Assembly (NCBI GenBank): GCA_045604705.1
Contig: JAZUOO010000021.1
Span: forward strand, 3,410-67,409
Origin: Eubacteriales bacterium
Lineage (GTDB): Bacteria > Bacillota > Clostridia > Oscillospirales > CAG-382
DNA: 64,000 nucleotides
Direction: 5' to 3'
The notes under the pieces are model-generated. The model ran no database searches, was not told where the DNA came from, and saw nothing but the letters and a program-made list of their open reading frames with translations. Of the stretch, positions 38,852 to 47,450 are shown in pieces. Position numbers and translations under genes: made by a program. Positions within the stretch are counted from its first letter, which is position 1. Each line of letters starts with the position of its first letter.

Positions 38852-39385
38852 TCAATTAATTTGTTCACTTTTTATCTTTTTCCAATTTGCTATCATTGTT
38901 TTTCTACAATCAACATAATTAATAGTATTTAACTTCATAATAACAATCACGACTATAGTAAATATAAATACAAATGCGCTAAAAAGCAATTTTATACATA
39001 TGTTGTAATCTAACAGAAAGATTTTTGTAATAGACATTGTCGAACATAATATTGATAAAAAGTAATATAAAGAAATTGATCTCCAGTTTCTTTTCACGCT
39101 AAATAACTCATCATATTTTTGATGTCTACGTTCCCAATTATACTCATCTCCTTCCCGAAACACATACAAATAAGATGCAATTTTACAAATGTTTCTATTC
39201 TTACCTTCACAGGCAAAATATAACGGAATAATAGCGATATATGGAATCAAGCAATATAAAAAGTTTTGTTTATCCAACGCAAATGTCAATACTGAGATAA
39301 CAGCGACATATAAAGCCAAATTGTATTGTTTTATTGTATCGTAATTCTCTAAAATCTCGTTTCTAAGTAATTCATATTCTGACAT
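38852..39385 (-). CDS. Hypothetical multi-pass (about 4 TM) membrane protein
   Basis: Hydrophobic helices (LALYVAVISVLTFAL; CLIPYIAIIPLYFA; ISLYYFLSILCSTMSI; LLFSAFVFIFTIVVIVIM). AT-rich. ATG at 39385 lies behind GGGAGGTG. Confidence 0.6.
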   Translation of the reverse strand: MSEYELLRNEILENYDTIKQYNLALYVAVISVLTFALDKQNFLYCLIPYIAIIPLYFACEGKNRNICKIASYLYVFREGDEYNWERRHQKYDELFSVKRNWRSISLYYFLSILCSTMSITKIFLLDYNICIKLLFSAFVFIFTIVVIVIMKLNTINYVDCRKTMIANWKKIKSEQIN

Positions 39386-39495
39386 TTTCACACCTCCCAA
39401 ATTTTAAAAAGTATTTAGTAAAAGCGGCGACCGAAGTCATAGCTTAAAACAAGTATAAATGTAATATTTTTTAATGGTATTAATATGCGGGTATA

Positions 39496-39536
39496 TCAAC
39501 AGACGGATAACCCGTCAGTTTCTTTTCTGTTTACAT
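39496..39536 (-). pseudogene. 5' stub of a fourth ANL gene (ATG TAA ..EKKLTGYPSVD)
   Basis: It copies the stop/GGAGAAAACTGCA/ATG junction seen at 41277-41293, but codon 2 is TAA and homology ends after about 13 codons. Confidence 0.7.
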
Positions 39537-39549
39537 TGCAGTTTTCTCC

Positions 39550-41277
39550 TTATAGACTCTCTGCTTCTTTTTCTAGTGCTCTAAAATCAACTTTTCCAAC
39601 GGGCGTATGCGGCAATTCATCAACGAAGCAATATTCTGCAGGAATCATATATGTAGGCATGTTTTCGGCACATTGTTTAGAAAGGTCTTCAAGAATTACA
39701 TTAGTATCAGTTGTATCACCGTTCTTGACAATAAAAGCGACTGCTTCATAATAATCACTATTTTTCCGCTTTCTTCCAACAACACTACACTCGCTAACAT
39801 ATTGAGATTTTTTGAGAGCTCCCTCTACTAACATCGGGAAAATTTTTGCGGGTTGTCCTTCATGTGCTGTCATATAGATTCTGCGGATTCGACCTTCATG
39901 GAACAACAAGCCGTCCTCGGTAATATGACCTAAATCGCCTGTCCGAACCCAACGAACGCCTTTTTCATCAGTAATAATAATTTCGGAAGTCTCTTGGGGT
40001 TTATTATAATATCCCAACATTATAGACGGACTGCTAATCCATATTTCTCCTGTTTCATTATATCCTAATTCTTGTGAGGTTTCCGTATCTACGATTTTTA
40101 TAGTATTTGAAATCAACGGAATTCCCACGCTACCAATTGAATTTGCTCCCTTGAATGTAATAACAGCGGTTGCACTGAGTTCTGTCATTCCGTAACCTTT
40201 ACATACTTCATACTGACAGTTGTGTTCTGCGAGGAACTTATTGACATCCTGTTCTAAATTACATTCAACTGCATCACCACCAACACCAGGAGAGATGAGA
40301 AAGCTCATATCGATTTTTTTAGTCTTTTTATCAATTGTTAAATATTTCAAGTGGTCAACCAGAGCAGAGAAATGATGTGGTTTGTATTTAACAAATTGCT
40401 TTGGGAATCCTTTTGAATCAAATATTGGATAAAGTATTACTTCCAATCCATAAGAAAGTGTTGTGTGAGTTGCTAAACAAAGTCCGTACATAATGAACGG
40501 CGGCAAATCATTAAAATAGCGATGCTTTCTTTCAAAGGGAATACCTAAATATTGATATCCAAAAGCAACAGCATTGATGTTATCGTTTGATAACATAACA
40601 CCTTTCGGAGAACCCGTCGTACCACCCGTATGAGCCATTACACAACAGGCATTTTTTTCATAAGCCACACATTCGGGGTTTGCATCTTTGCCAATTGAAA
40701 TAAACTTCTTCCAATTAAGCACTTCATCGCCAAATTGTGGCGATTTGTTTTTTATTTTGTATATTGCCTTTACTAAAGACGGAAGAGAATCGGAAGGCGA
40801 AACAACAATTACATTTTTAACAGAGGTTCCTTGAACTGCCTTTTTGATAGCAGGATATGCAAGGTCAATAGTCAAAACGAATTGTGCATGTGATTCCACT
40901 ATATATTCATGTATTCCATCAATATTGGTTCGCGGGTCAACCATATTTGCGATTGCTCCCAAACGATTTAATGCATACAGTGTATATACCATTTCGGGCG
41001 TATTAACTGTACATACTATTACAATATCGCCTTTCTTTACTCCTAATGCAGAAAAGGATTTTGTCGCCTTATCAATACCTTCAAAAACTTGTTTGTATGT
41101 GAATTTGCGACCATAGTAATTAATGGCGGTATCATTAAGATGATCCTTATTGTTTTTCCACAGTAATTCATACATTGTACATTCCGGCAGTTTGGCACTA
41201 ATTGCTTCGTCGCTATAATATTTCAACCACGGCTTGTCGATGGACGGATAACCCGTCACTTTCTTTTCTGTTTGCAT
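39550..41277 (-). CDS. ANL-superfamily adenylate-forming enzyme (acyl/aryl-CoA synthetase-like), copy 3
   Basis: AHTGGTTGSPKGVMLS (A3), GYGMTE (A5), TGDLGHITEDG (A7), PHTPVGKVD (A10 Lys). N-terminus MQTEKKVTGYPSIDKPWLKYY is shared with copy 2. Confidence 0.85.
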   Translation of the reverse strand: MQTEKKVTGYPSIDKPWLKYYSDEAISAKLPECTMYELLWKNNKDHLNDTAINYYGRKFTYKQVFEGIDKATKSFSALGVKKGDIVIVCTVNTPEMVYTLYALNRLGAIANMVDPRTNIDGIHEYIVESHAQFVLTIDLAYPAIKKAVQGTSVKNVIVVSPSDSLPSLVKAIYKIKNKSPQFGDEVLNWKKFISIGKDANPECVAYEKNACCVMAHTGGTTGSPKGVMLSNDNINAVAFGYQYLGIPFERKHRYFNDLPPFIMYGLCLATHTTLSYGLEVILYPIFDSKGFPKQFVKYKPHHFSALVDHLKYLTIDKKTKKIDMSFLISPGVGGDAVECNLEQDVNKFLAEHNCQYEVCKGYGMTELSATAVITFKGANSIGSVGIPLISNTIKIVDTETSQELGYNETGEIWISSPSIMLGYYNKPQETSEIIITDEKGVRWVRTGDLGHITEDGLLFHEGRIRRIYMTAHEGQPAKIFPMLVEGALKKSQYVSECSVVGRKRKNSDYYEAVAFIVKNGDTTDTNVILEDLSKQCAENMPTYMIPAEYCFVDELPHTPVGKVDFRALEKEAESL

Positions 41278-41290
41278 TGCAGTTTTCTCC

Positions 41291-43021
41291 TTATAATTTT
41301 TCTGCTTCTTTCTCAAGTGCTCGGTAATCTACTTTACCGATCGGGGTTAATGGCATTTTTTCAATAAAGATAAAATCTACCGGTTGAACATACTCAGGCA
41401 GCTCATTTTTACACAGTTCAAATAATTCGTTTTTTGCTACATCAGCATTACTTCCATCTTTCAGAACGGCAAAAACTATTGGCAGGTGTCCTTGCACGTG
41501 ATCTTTATCAACCGTACCCACTGCACAACAAGTTTCTATTGCTTTGTGCATTGAAACAACATCCTCGATAAACGGGGGAAAGACCTTAAATCCGTCGTAT
41601 CGGATAATCATTCTTTTAAAACGACCGTTGATGTAGATACAGCCATCTTCATCAACATAACCTAAGTCGCCCGAATGAATCCACATTTTGCCATCTGAGT
41701 GCTTTTTGATTACTTTATCAGTTTCTTCTTGCTTTCCATAATATCCCGTCATCATAGTGGGTGTGCAAATACACATCTCACCGGATTCTCCAAACGGCAG
41801 TTCTTTACCACTTTCGGTATCAAAAGCTGCAACGATGGTTTGTGCGAAAGGAATACCCGCACTACCGGGTTTGTTGATTTCCTCAAAAGCAAAAGTAGCC
41901 GTTGCGCTTGCTTCTGTCATACTATAGCCTTTGCTGAGGTGAATGTTGGCATTGTGTTCTGCAAAAAAGGAATTGACTTTCTTTTCAAATTCAACTAGCG
42001 CCTTATCGCCGCCAACGAGTACAACCTTGATGCAAGAAAGATCTTTGCCTTTGATCTTAGGCTCATCCATCAGTCCTTCAAAATATGTAGGCACACCCAT
42101 TATGCCTGCAGGTTGATACTTGAGAATCAAATCTGCAAAATCTTTTGGATCGAACTTAGGAATAATGATAGACTCCCAACCGTGTGTCAAAGCGATATGA
42201 ATACCCAAAACCATACCGTATGCAATAAACGGCGGCATAATATTTAAGAAGCGATCTTGACGTTCTAATCGCAAAGGAGAATTTTTAATTTGCTCTGCTG
42301 AAGAATTAAAATTATCGTTGGTTAGCATAACGCCTTTAGGCAGACCTGTTGTTCCACCGGTATGTTCAATTACGCAGCACTTATTAGGCTGATATTCGGC
42401 AACTGCATAGGTCAAATCTTGCCCATTGGCAATCATATCCGTCCAAAGAATACAATTGCTTCCGAACTTAGGTACATTACCTTTTAATTTGTTTACAACG
42501 TTAAAAATGAACTTTTTAGGCTGCGGTAAGGAGTCTGCGGGAGATGTAATGATAATCTTTTTGACAGCAGTTCCGTTAATAGCTTTTTCGATTTTAGGGT
42601 ATGCAATGTCAATACACAAAACATAGTTTGCATCAACTTCCACAATGTACTCTTTGATACCTTCTGTGCTTGTTCTCGGATCTACCATATTAGCAACAGC
42701 ACCTATATGGTTCAAGGCATAAACCGCATAGATTGTTTCAGGAGTTGTAACTGTTGCCATAACAACAATATCATCTTTCTTTATGCCAATAGATGTAAAC
42801 GCTTTTGCCGCTTTCTCTATATTCTCAAATATTTCCTGAAACGAGATTTTACGGTCAAAATATCGAAGTGCAATATCGTTGAGATGCTCTTTATTGCTAT
42901 CTTGAAGATACTCGAATATCGTACACTCAGGCATCGTAGCATTTATGGCTTCATCTGAGTAATATTTCAACCAAGGTTTATCAATAGACGGATAACCCGT
43001 CAGTTTCTTTTCTGTTGGCAT
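41291..43021 (-). CDS. ANL-superfamily adenylate-forming enzyme, copy 2
   Basis: EHTGGTTGLPKGVMLT, GYSMTE, SGDLGYVDEDG, PLTPIGKVD. Confidence 0.85.
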   Translation of the reverse strand: MPTEKKLTGYPSIDKPWLKYYSDEAINATMPECTIFEYLQDSNKEHLNDIALRYFDRKISFQEIFENIEKAAKAFTSIGIKKDDIVVMATVTTPETIYAVYALNHIGAVANMVDPRTSTEGIKEYIVEVDANYVLCIDIAYPKIEKAINGTAVKKIIITSPADSLPQPKKFIFNVVNKLKGNVPKFGSNCILWTDMIANGQDLTYAVAEYQPNKCCVIEHTGGTTGLPKGVMLTNDNFNSSAEQIKNSPLRLERQDRFLNIMPPFIAYGMVLGIHIALTHGWESIIIPKFDPKDFADLILKYQPAGIMGVPTYFEGLMDEPKIKGKDLSCIKVVLVGGDKALVEFEKKVNSFFAEHNANIHLSKGYSMTEASATATFAFEEINKPGSAGIPFAQTIVAAFDTESGKELPFGESGEMCICTPTMMTGYYGKQEETDKVIKKHSDGKMWIHSGDLGYVDEDGCIYINGRFKRMIIRYDGFKVFPPFIEDVVSMHKAIETCCAVGTVDKDHVQGHLPIVFAVLKDGSNADVAKNELFELCKNELPEYVQPVDFIFIEKMPLTPIGKVDYRALEKEAEKL

Positions 43022-43033
43022 AATTTTGCTCCT

Positions 43034-44779
43034 TTATAATTCAATCAAATCGTCGATATCGCCTTTAATGAACTTAATATCTCTTTTGCCGGAGTGCGCA
43101 CTTGGAAAACCATCCCACACGCAGAAACTATGCGGTACAGCTTCAGGCTGCTTCATAACTTTCTCAACAACCTTTTGAATTTCGGCAAAATACTCCATCT
43201 GTTTTTCAGGGGTTTGCTTTAAGACAACATTAGTTTCATTTTCCCAAACAATGTGAGCAACCAATTTGTCTTGATATTCCGGATGTGTTTGAATCTCACA
43301 CAGTTTTACTTTTTCAAAGGTCAAAATTGCTCTCTCAATATCAAAATTATAAATCTGTTTGCCTTCAATTACGGAATAATCAGATTTTCTTCCTAATACA
43401 ACAAGGCTACCGTCCTTATTCATATAGCCAATGTCACCTGTTTTGCTCCACCGTTCACCATTTTCGTCAACATAGAAAAACTCATTAGTGGCATCAGGAT
43501 TATTGAAATACTCAATCATACCAATTTCGGTTTTAACCAAAATGTTACCACGCTCACCGTATTTCAACTCTTTAAAGTTATCGTCAAAAATAGCAACAGT
43601 AGTAATATCGGGAAGAGGAATGCCCGATGCGGTGTTTGAAAATTTATGTGATGTTATATCCGTTGTTACGGTTGCACCGCACTCACATTCACCGTAACCA
43701 TTGAGCAATCTAGCATTTGAACCATGAGTTTTGAACACGCTCTCAATGTTTGCTATATCCTTTTCTGTCAGCGGTTCTCCACCTTCAACAGGGTATTTCA
43801 AGAAAGCCAATGACTTGCCTTTAAGCAATTTTAAACTCTTCTCAAAAGTAAAACCTTGATACATCGAGGTATTGGTTAATATGTATTCGGGTTTGAACTT
43901 TAAAACATTTTTCACGAATATGGTGTGGTCAAACCTTGGGTCAATACAAACCCTAACACCAAACGAAAGAGGAAAGTTAATACCTAAGCTAAGTCCTGTA
44001 GAGTGCCAAGGCGGGATGTTTTGATAAACCTTTTGTTTCCTTGAAGTGTCAAAGCCTGAATTGCCATAAGCATTGATTAATTTTTGGAAACTATCAACTG
44101 ACAACACGATTCCCTTGGATGCACCTGTTGTACCGCTTGAATAAACCATTGCCTGTGCTTTTTGAGGCTCGTAAGAATCAGCAGTTACATCGTTTTGGCA
44201 AGCTCCATTCTTGATAAAGGTTTTCCATGCAACTTCGTTGGTGCTATTGTTGATTTTGTACTTTGGTGTTACAAATCGCAAAACCGAAGAGTTCATCATT
44301 GGCAAAACAATAACTTTTTTGTCGCTGTCTTTATTAAGAGATTCCTTGAACTTTGGCAAGAACTTATCCACTATAATGATAAGTTTGCTTTTGCATTCAT
44401 CAATACGAGCCATAAGTTCTTCGGGAGTGTAGAAAGGCGAAATCACGTTGGCAACCGCACCGATTTTGCTGATAGCATAGAAAGCATAAATTACTTCAGG
44501 TGTGGTAGTTGAGCAAATAGTTACATAATCGCCCTTCTTTACACCATATGCTACCATTGACTTGGCAACAATATCGGTATTCTTTATTAGTTCGCCAAAA
44601 CTGATCTTTGCCCCGAAATATTCAAGGGCGATTTCGCTCGGATAATTAGCATTGTTTTTTATTAGCCCTTGATACGGGGTCGTGTTTAAGAAAATACTAC
44701 GCTTTTCTACACCCTCATAAAAGCGTTCCCAAGGTTTGTCTATTGAAGGATAACCCGTCAAATTCTTTTCTTTAGGCAT
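43034..44779 (-). CDS. ANL-superfamily adenylate-forming enzyme, copy 1 (most divergent)
   Basis: VYSSGTTGASKGIVLS, NGYGECE, TGDIGYMNKDG, PSAHSGKRD. Confidence 0.85.
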   Translation of the reverse strand: MPKEKNLTGYPSIDKPWERFYEGVEKRSIFLNTTPYQGLIKNNANYPSEIALEYFGAKISFGELIKNTDIVAKSMVAYGVKKGDYVTICSTTTPEVIYAFYAISKIGAVANVISPFYTPEELMARIDECKSKLIIIVDKFLPKFKESLNKDSDKKVIVLPMMNSSVLRFVTPKYKINNSTNEVAWKTFIKNGACQNDVTADSYEPQKAQAMVYSSGTTGASKGIVLSVDSFQKLINAYGNSGFDTSRKQKVYQNIPPWHSTGLSLGINFPLSFGVRVCIDPRFDHTIFVKNVLKFKPEYILTNTSMYQGFTFEKSLKLLKGKSLAFLKYPVEGGEPLTEKDIANIESVFKTHGSNARLLNGYGECECGATVTTDITSHKFSNTASGIPLPDITTVAIFDDNFKELKYGERGNILVKTEIGMIEYFNNPDATNEFFYVDENGERWSKTGDIGYMNKDGSLVVLGRKSDYSVIEGKQIYNFDIERAILTFEKVKLCEIQTHPEYQDKLVAHIVWENETNVVLKQTPEKQMEYFAEIQKVVEKVMKQPEAVPHSFCVWDGFPSAHSGKRDIKFIKGDIDDLIEL

Positions 44780-44790
44780 AATTTTGCTCC

Positions 44791-45318
44791 TTATATCTTA
44801 TAATCTTTGTTTGCTAAAAAGTAGCGCGGATATACAAGCGTCTTACTAACGGTATGTTTTTTCTTAGAATGACCATTGTGATAAATAACGGTGATTTCAA
44901 CATTGTATAAAGCTGTCAAAACTTTGTCACGATTTCTTTGGCACTTGGGGTATATAGCGCAAAGCACAACTTCATCCGATGGCATGAGGTCTCGTCCTGC
45001 AATTTCTAAGGAATATCCTTTCCAGTATTGATTAAGTTTGGGCATAAATGTGATTAGGTTGTTTCGCATTTCCCCATTCTTTTTGACCTGTATGGAATCA
45101 ATAATCAAAATTCCCGAACCGCGATTTGCAATAACGACAGCAAGGTTGTCATTGTGGTATCGTTCAATTATTTTGCATTGAGGTATAGCATCCTTGCGTC
45201 TATGGTGTTCTTCAAACAAAAAGTAGCCCATCGCAGAACAAAATGTTGCGCATGCTACGATTAGAGTAAGTAAGTCAATAAGTACGGATGTTTCCATATT
45301 TACCTCCATAAAATTCAT
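44791..45318 (-). CDS. Hypothetical N-terminally membrane-anchored protein
   Basis: One TM helix (VLIDLLTLIVACATFCSAMGYFLF) followed by a soluble domain of about 130 aa. ATGA overlap with the acyltransferase gene indicates translational coupling. Confidence 0.6.
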   Translation of the reverse strand: MNFMEVNMETSVLIDLLTLIVACATFCSAMGYFLFEEHHRRKDAIPQCKIIERYHNDNLAVVIANRGSGILIIDSIQVKKNGEMRNNLITFMPKLNQYWKGYSLEIAGRDLMPSDEVVLCAIYPKCQRNRDKVLTALYNVEITVIYHNGHSKKKHTVSKTLVYPRYFLANKDYKI

Positions 45319-46148
45319 TTCAATCTCTTATTAAACAAAAATGCATTTTGCGTTGTAGGGTGGATAGCGCTTAAATGAGCAAAAGCATCATTATAATTTA
45401 CCAACTTCGGAAGGCGATAAATGCAAGATTCTTCGTAATTCCAATCAAGTGGTGGGTAATCACGAACAACTTGGAACATCAAATTTCGCTCTTTTTCTAA
45501 GTCCCAAAAAGCACGATTTACTTGATTGCGGGAAATGAAATCCCACCGCAAGGTTGACATTGCATCGCGTAGAGCGACGATACCTTGTTGCTTGCTTATG
45601 AAGGTTTCTGCGTTCAGGGGTTCCCCGAAACGAACTTTGCAGATCTTTCGCTCTCTATCATAATCAAGTACCATAGGAATAATCTGTACTTTTGTCCGTT
45701 GTGCGACTTCTATAATGCCCCACCGCATAGGGAGCATTAACAAATTATCCGTCAAATTCCAAGTGGCTTCAGGAAACCACAGAATTGGGATACCTTTCTT
45801 TAAGTACGCAACAATACGTTCCTTTGAAAGAGCAGAGCTTTCCTTGCTTTTTCTATCTACCCATATTGCACCGGTAAGAAAGAAAAAGATCTTATCCACA
45901 AAAGCAAGATTTTGCTTTCCAATTAATGTGTAACAATGCTGCTTTACTGCTCTGAGTGCAAGCGGGGTATCCGAGAAAGCTGAGTGATTGCAGGCAAAAA
46001 TAATTGGATTGTCCGAATTTGCGATATAATCATTTTCGATTATAATTTTGTATTTAACTTTAGTTTTGCTTAGCAACATAGTTACAGGATAAAACATAGC
46101 TCGTAACCATATTGCAAAAACAGAATCTGTGAGTCTCTTATTTTTCAT
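45315..46148 (-). CDS. PlsC/LPLAT-family acyltransferase
   Basis: HX4D motif (NHSAFSD) and FPEATW (the FPEGT-type block), as in 1-acyl-sn-glycerol-3-phosphate acyltransferases. Confidence 0.8.
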   Translation of the reverse strand: MKNKRLTDSVFAIWLRAMFYPVTMLLSKTKVKYKIIIENDYIANSDNPIIFACNHSAFSDTPLALRAVKQHCYTLIGKQNLAFVDKIFFFLTGAIWVDRKSKESSALSKERIVAYLKKGIPILWFPEATWNLTDNLLMLPMRWGIIEVAQRTKVQIIPMVLDYDRERKICKVRFGEPLNAETFISKQQGIVALRDAMSTLRWDFISRNQVNRAFWDLEKERNLMFQVVRDYPPLDWNYEESCIYRLPKLVNYNDAFAHLSAIHPTTQNAFLFNKRLK

Positions 46149-46161
46149 AGAGTTTTCCTCG

Positions 46162-46203
46162 TTTCAATCTCTTATTAAATAAAAATGCATTTTGCATTGT
46201 GGA
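46162..46203 (-). pseudogene. 3' stub of a second acyltransferase copy
   Basis: About 38/42 nt identical (hand count) to the last 14 codons of the 45315-46148 gene (..QNAFLFNKRLK). It lies directly upstream of that gene's start. Confidence 0.6.
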
Positions 46204-46233
46204 GCTGATGGTATTCATATTTCAGACTCCAAG

Positions 46234-46259
46234 TACCACATAATATCGATTATGTGGTA
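46234..46259. promoter_or_regulatory. Candidate tyrosine-recombinase site 1: TACCACATAAT-ATCG-ATTATGTGGTA
   Basis: Perfect 11-bp inverted arms around a non-palindromic centre. Confidence 0.6.
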
Positions 46260-46301
46260 TATGTATAAAATTACCATTTTAACATACATATACTATTATA
46301 T

Positions 46302-46330
46302 ATAGTATCATAAATGGTGTTTTTTGTCAA
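46302..46330 (-). promoter_or_regulatory. Near-consensus promoter inside the putative invertible segment, facing the acyltransferase/ANL operon
   Basis: Minus strand: TTGACA (46330-46325), 17-nt spacer, TGaTACTAT (46310-46302). Confidence 0.5.
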
Positions 46331-46472
46331 TGATTTGACCAAATTATAAACGTTTCGACTATGTAGATTTACAGCCAAGACATACTTCTAAAAGACCAAC
46401 AACAAATCTAAATGTTTTTGGTCTTCTTTGCATGCAAATATTATAAGTAAAATTCAGCAGAATTACGGCATA

Positions 46473-46498
46473 TACCACATAATCGATATTATGTAATG
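46473..46498. promoter_or_regulatory. Candidate recombinase site 2: TACCACATAAT-CGAT-ATTATGTAATG (centre inverted relative to site 1)
   Basis: Same left arm as site 1. The centre CGAT is the reverse complement of ATCG. The right arm has 2 mismatches and overlaps the recombinase stop codon. Confidence 0.6.
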
Positions 46499-47334
46499 TA
46501 CTTAATTAGCCCTAATTGCTCTACTTGCCTCTTATGCACTTCACCAGTTTCCATCGTATAAATCCTCGTTGTATTCACACTTGAATGTCCGAGGATATCG
46601 GCAAGTCTTACAATGTCTTTCTGGAGCGAATAATAAGTGCGAGCGAAAAGATGGCGAAGGTTGTGTGGGAACACTTTATCCTTTGAAACCCCAGCGGATT
46701 CGCAAAGCTTTTTCATATCAGACCATATATTGCTTCTGTCAAGCGGTTTGCCTGTTCGGGATACGAACACGGAGCCGCTTGATATTTTTTGCTCTCGAAT
46801 ATATCTTGTGAGAACTTTGCACAGTGCTTTGGGTAAGAACACCTGACGCAGTTTGCCTTTGCAGTTGATACTTGCAATGCCTGTGTTCACAGCGGCAACA
46901 GTTATGAAACGAAGCTCGGACACACGAATACCTGTTGAGCATATAGTCTGCATCAGTAGGTAAAGCCGTTCATTCTTTTTTGACTTCGCCGCATCGAGAA
47001 GTCTTTCGTATTCCGCTTTTGTAAGCTCCTTTTCTTTTGAAGCAAATATTTGTTTCTGTATTTTCAAAGATTTAACCTTACAGTCGTACCATTCATTGTA
47101 GGTAAAAAAGCTGTTGAGGGATGAAAGGACTGAATTAACACTAGCGGGCTTGTAGTTTTCTACAAGGTATGCCTTATATTCGAGAACTGTCTGTTTATTC
47201 ACCTCTCTGCCGCAGAGCCAAGCGAGAAAAGCACATATATCACGGATATACTTTTCAAGCGTAGCATCGCTCTTTTCTTCGTTTATCAGATAATTTTTAA
47301 AGTTTTTAATAAGTTTTTCAGTGATTTTTTTCAT
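46489..47334 (-). CDS. Tyrosine recombinase (XerC/D-like small integrase or invertase)
   Basis: Catalytic signature TGIRVSEL (R), HNLRHLFA (H-x-x-R), LGHSSVNTTRIY (H..Y). N-terminal SAM-like core-binding domain. Confidence 0.85.
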   Translation of the reverse strand: MKKITEKLIKNFKNYLINEEKSDATLEKYIRDICAFLAWLCGREVNKQTVLEYKAYLVENYKPASVNSVLSSLNSFFTYNEWYDCKVKSLKIQKQIFASKEKELTKAEYERLLDAAKSKKNERLYLLMQTICSTGIRVSELRFITVAAVNTGIASINCKGKLRQVFLPKALCKVLTRYIREQKISSGSVFVSRTGKPLDRSNIWSDMKKLCESAGVSKDKVFPHNLRHLFARTYYSLQKDIVRLADILGHSSVNTTRIYTMETGEVHKRQVEQLGLIKYIT

Positions 47335-47450
47335 TATTTGACAACTCCTTTGTTTTGGTTTACTGTATATATTTTACCATATCACAAAGCTCTCATTCTA
47401 AACTGTGGTCATGAGTTGTCAATGATTTACATTATTATGTTGATTTCGTA

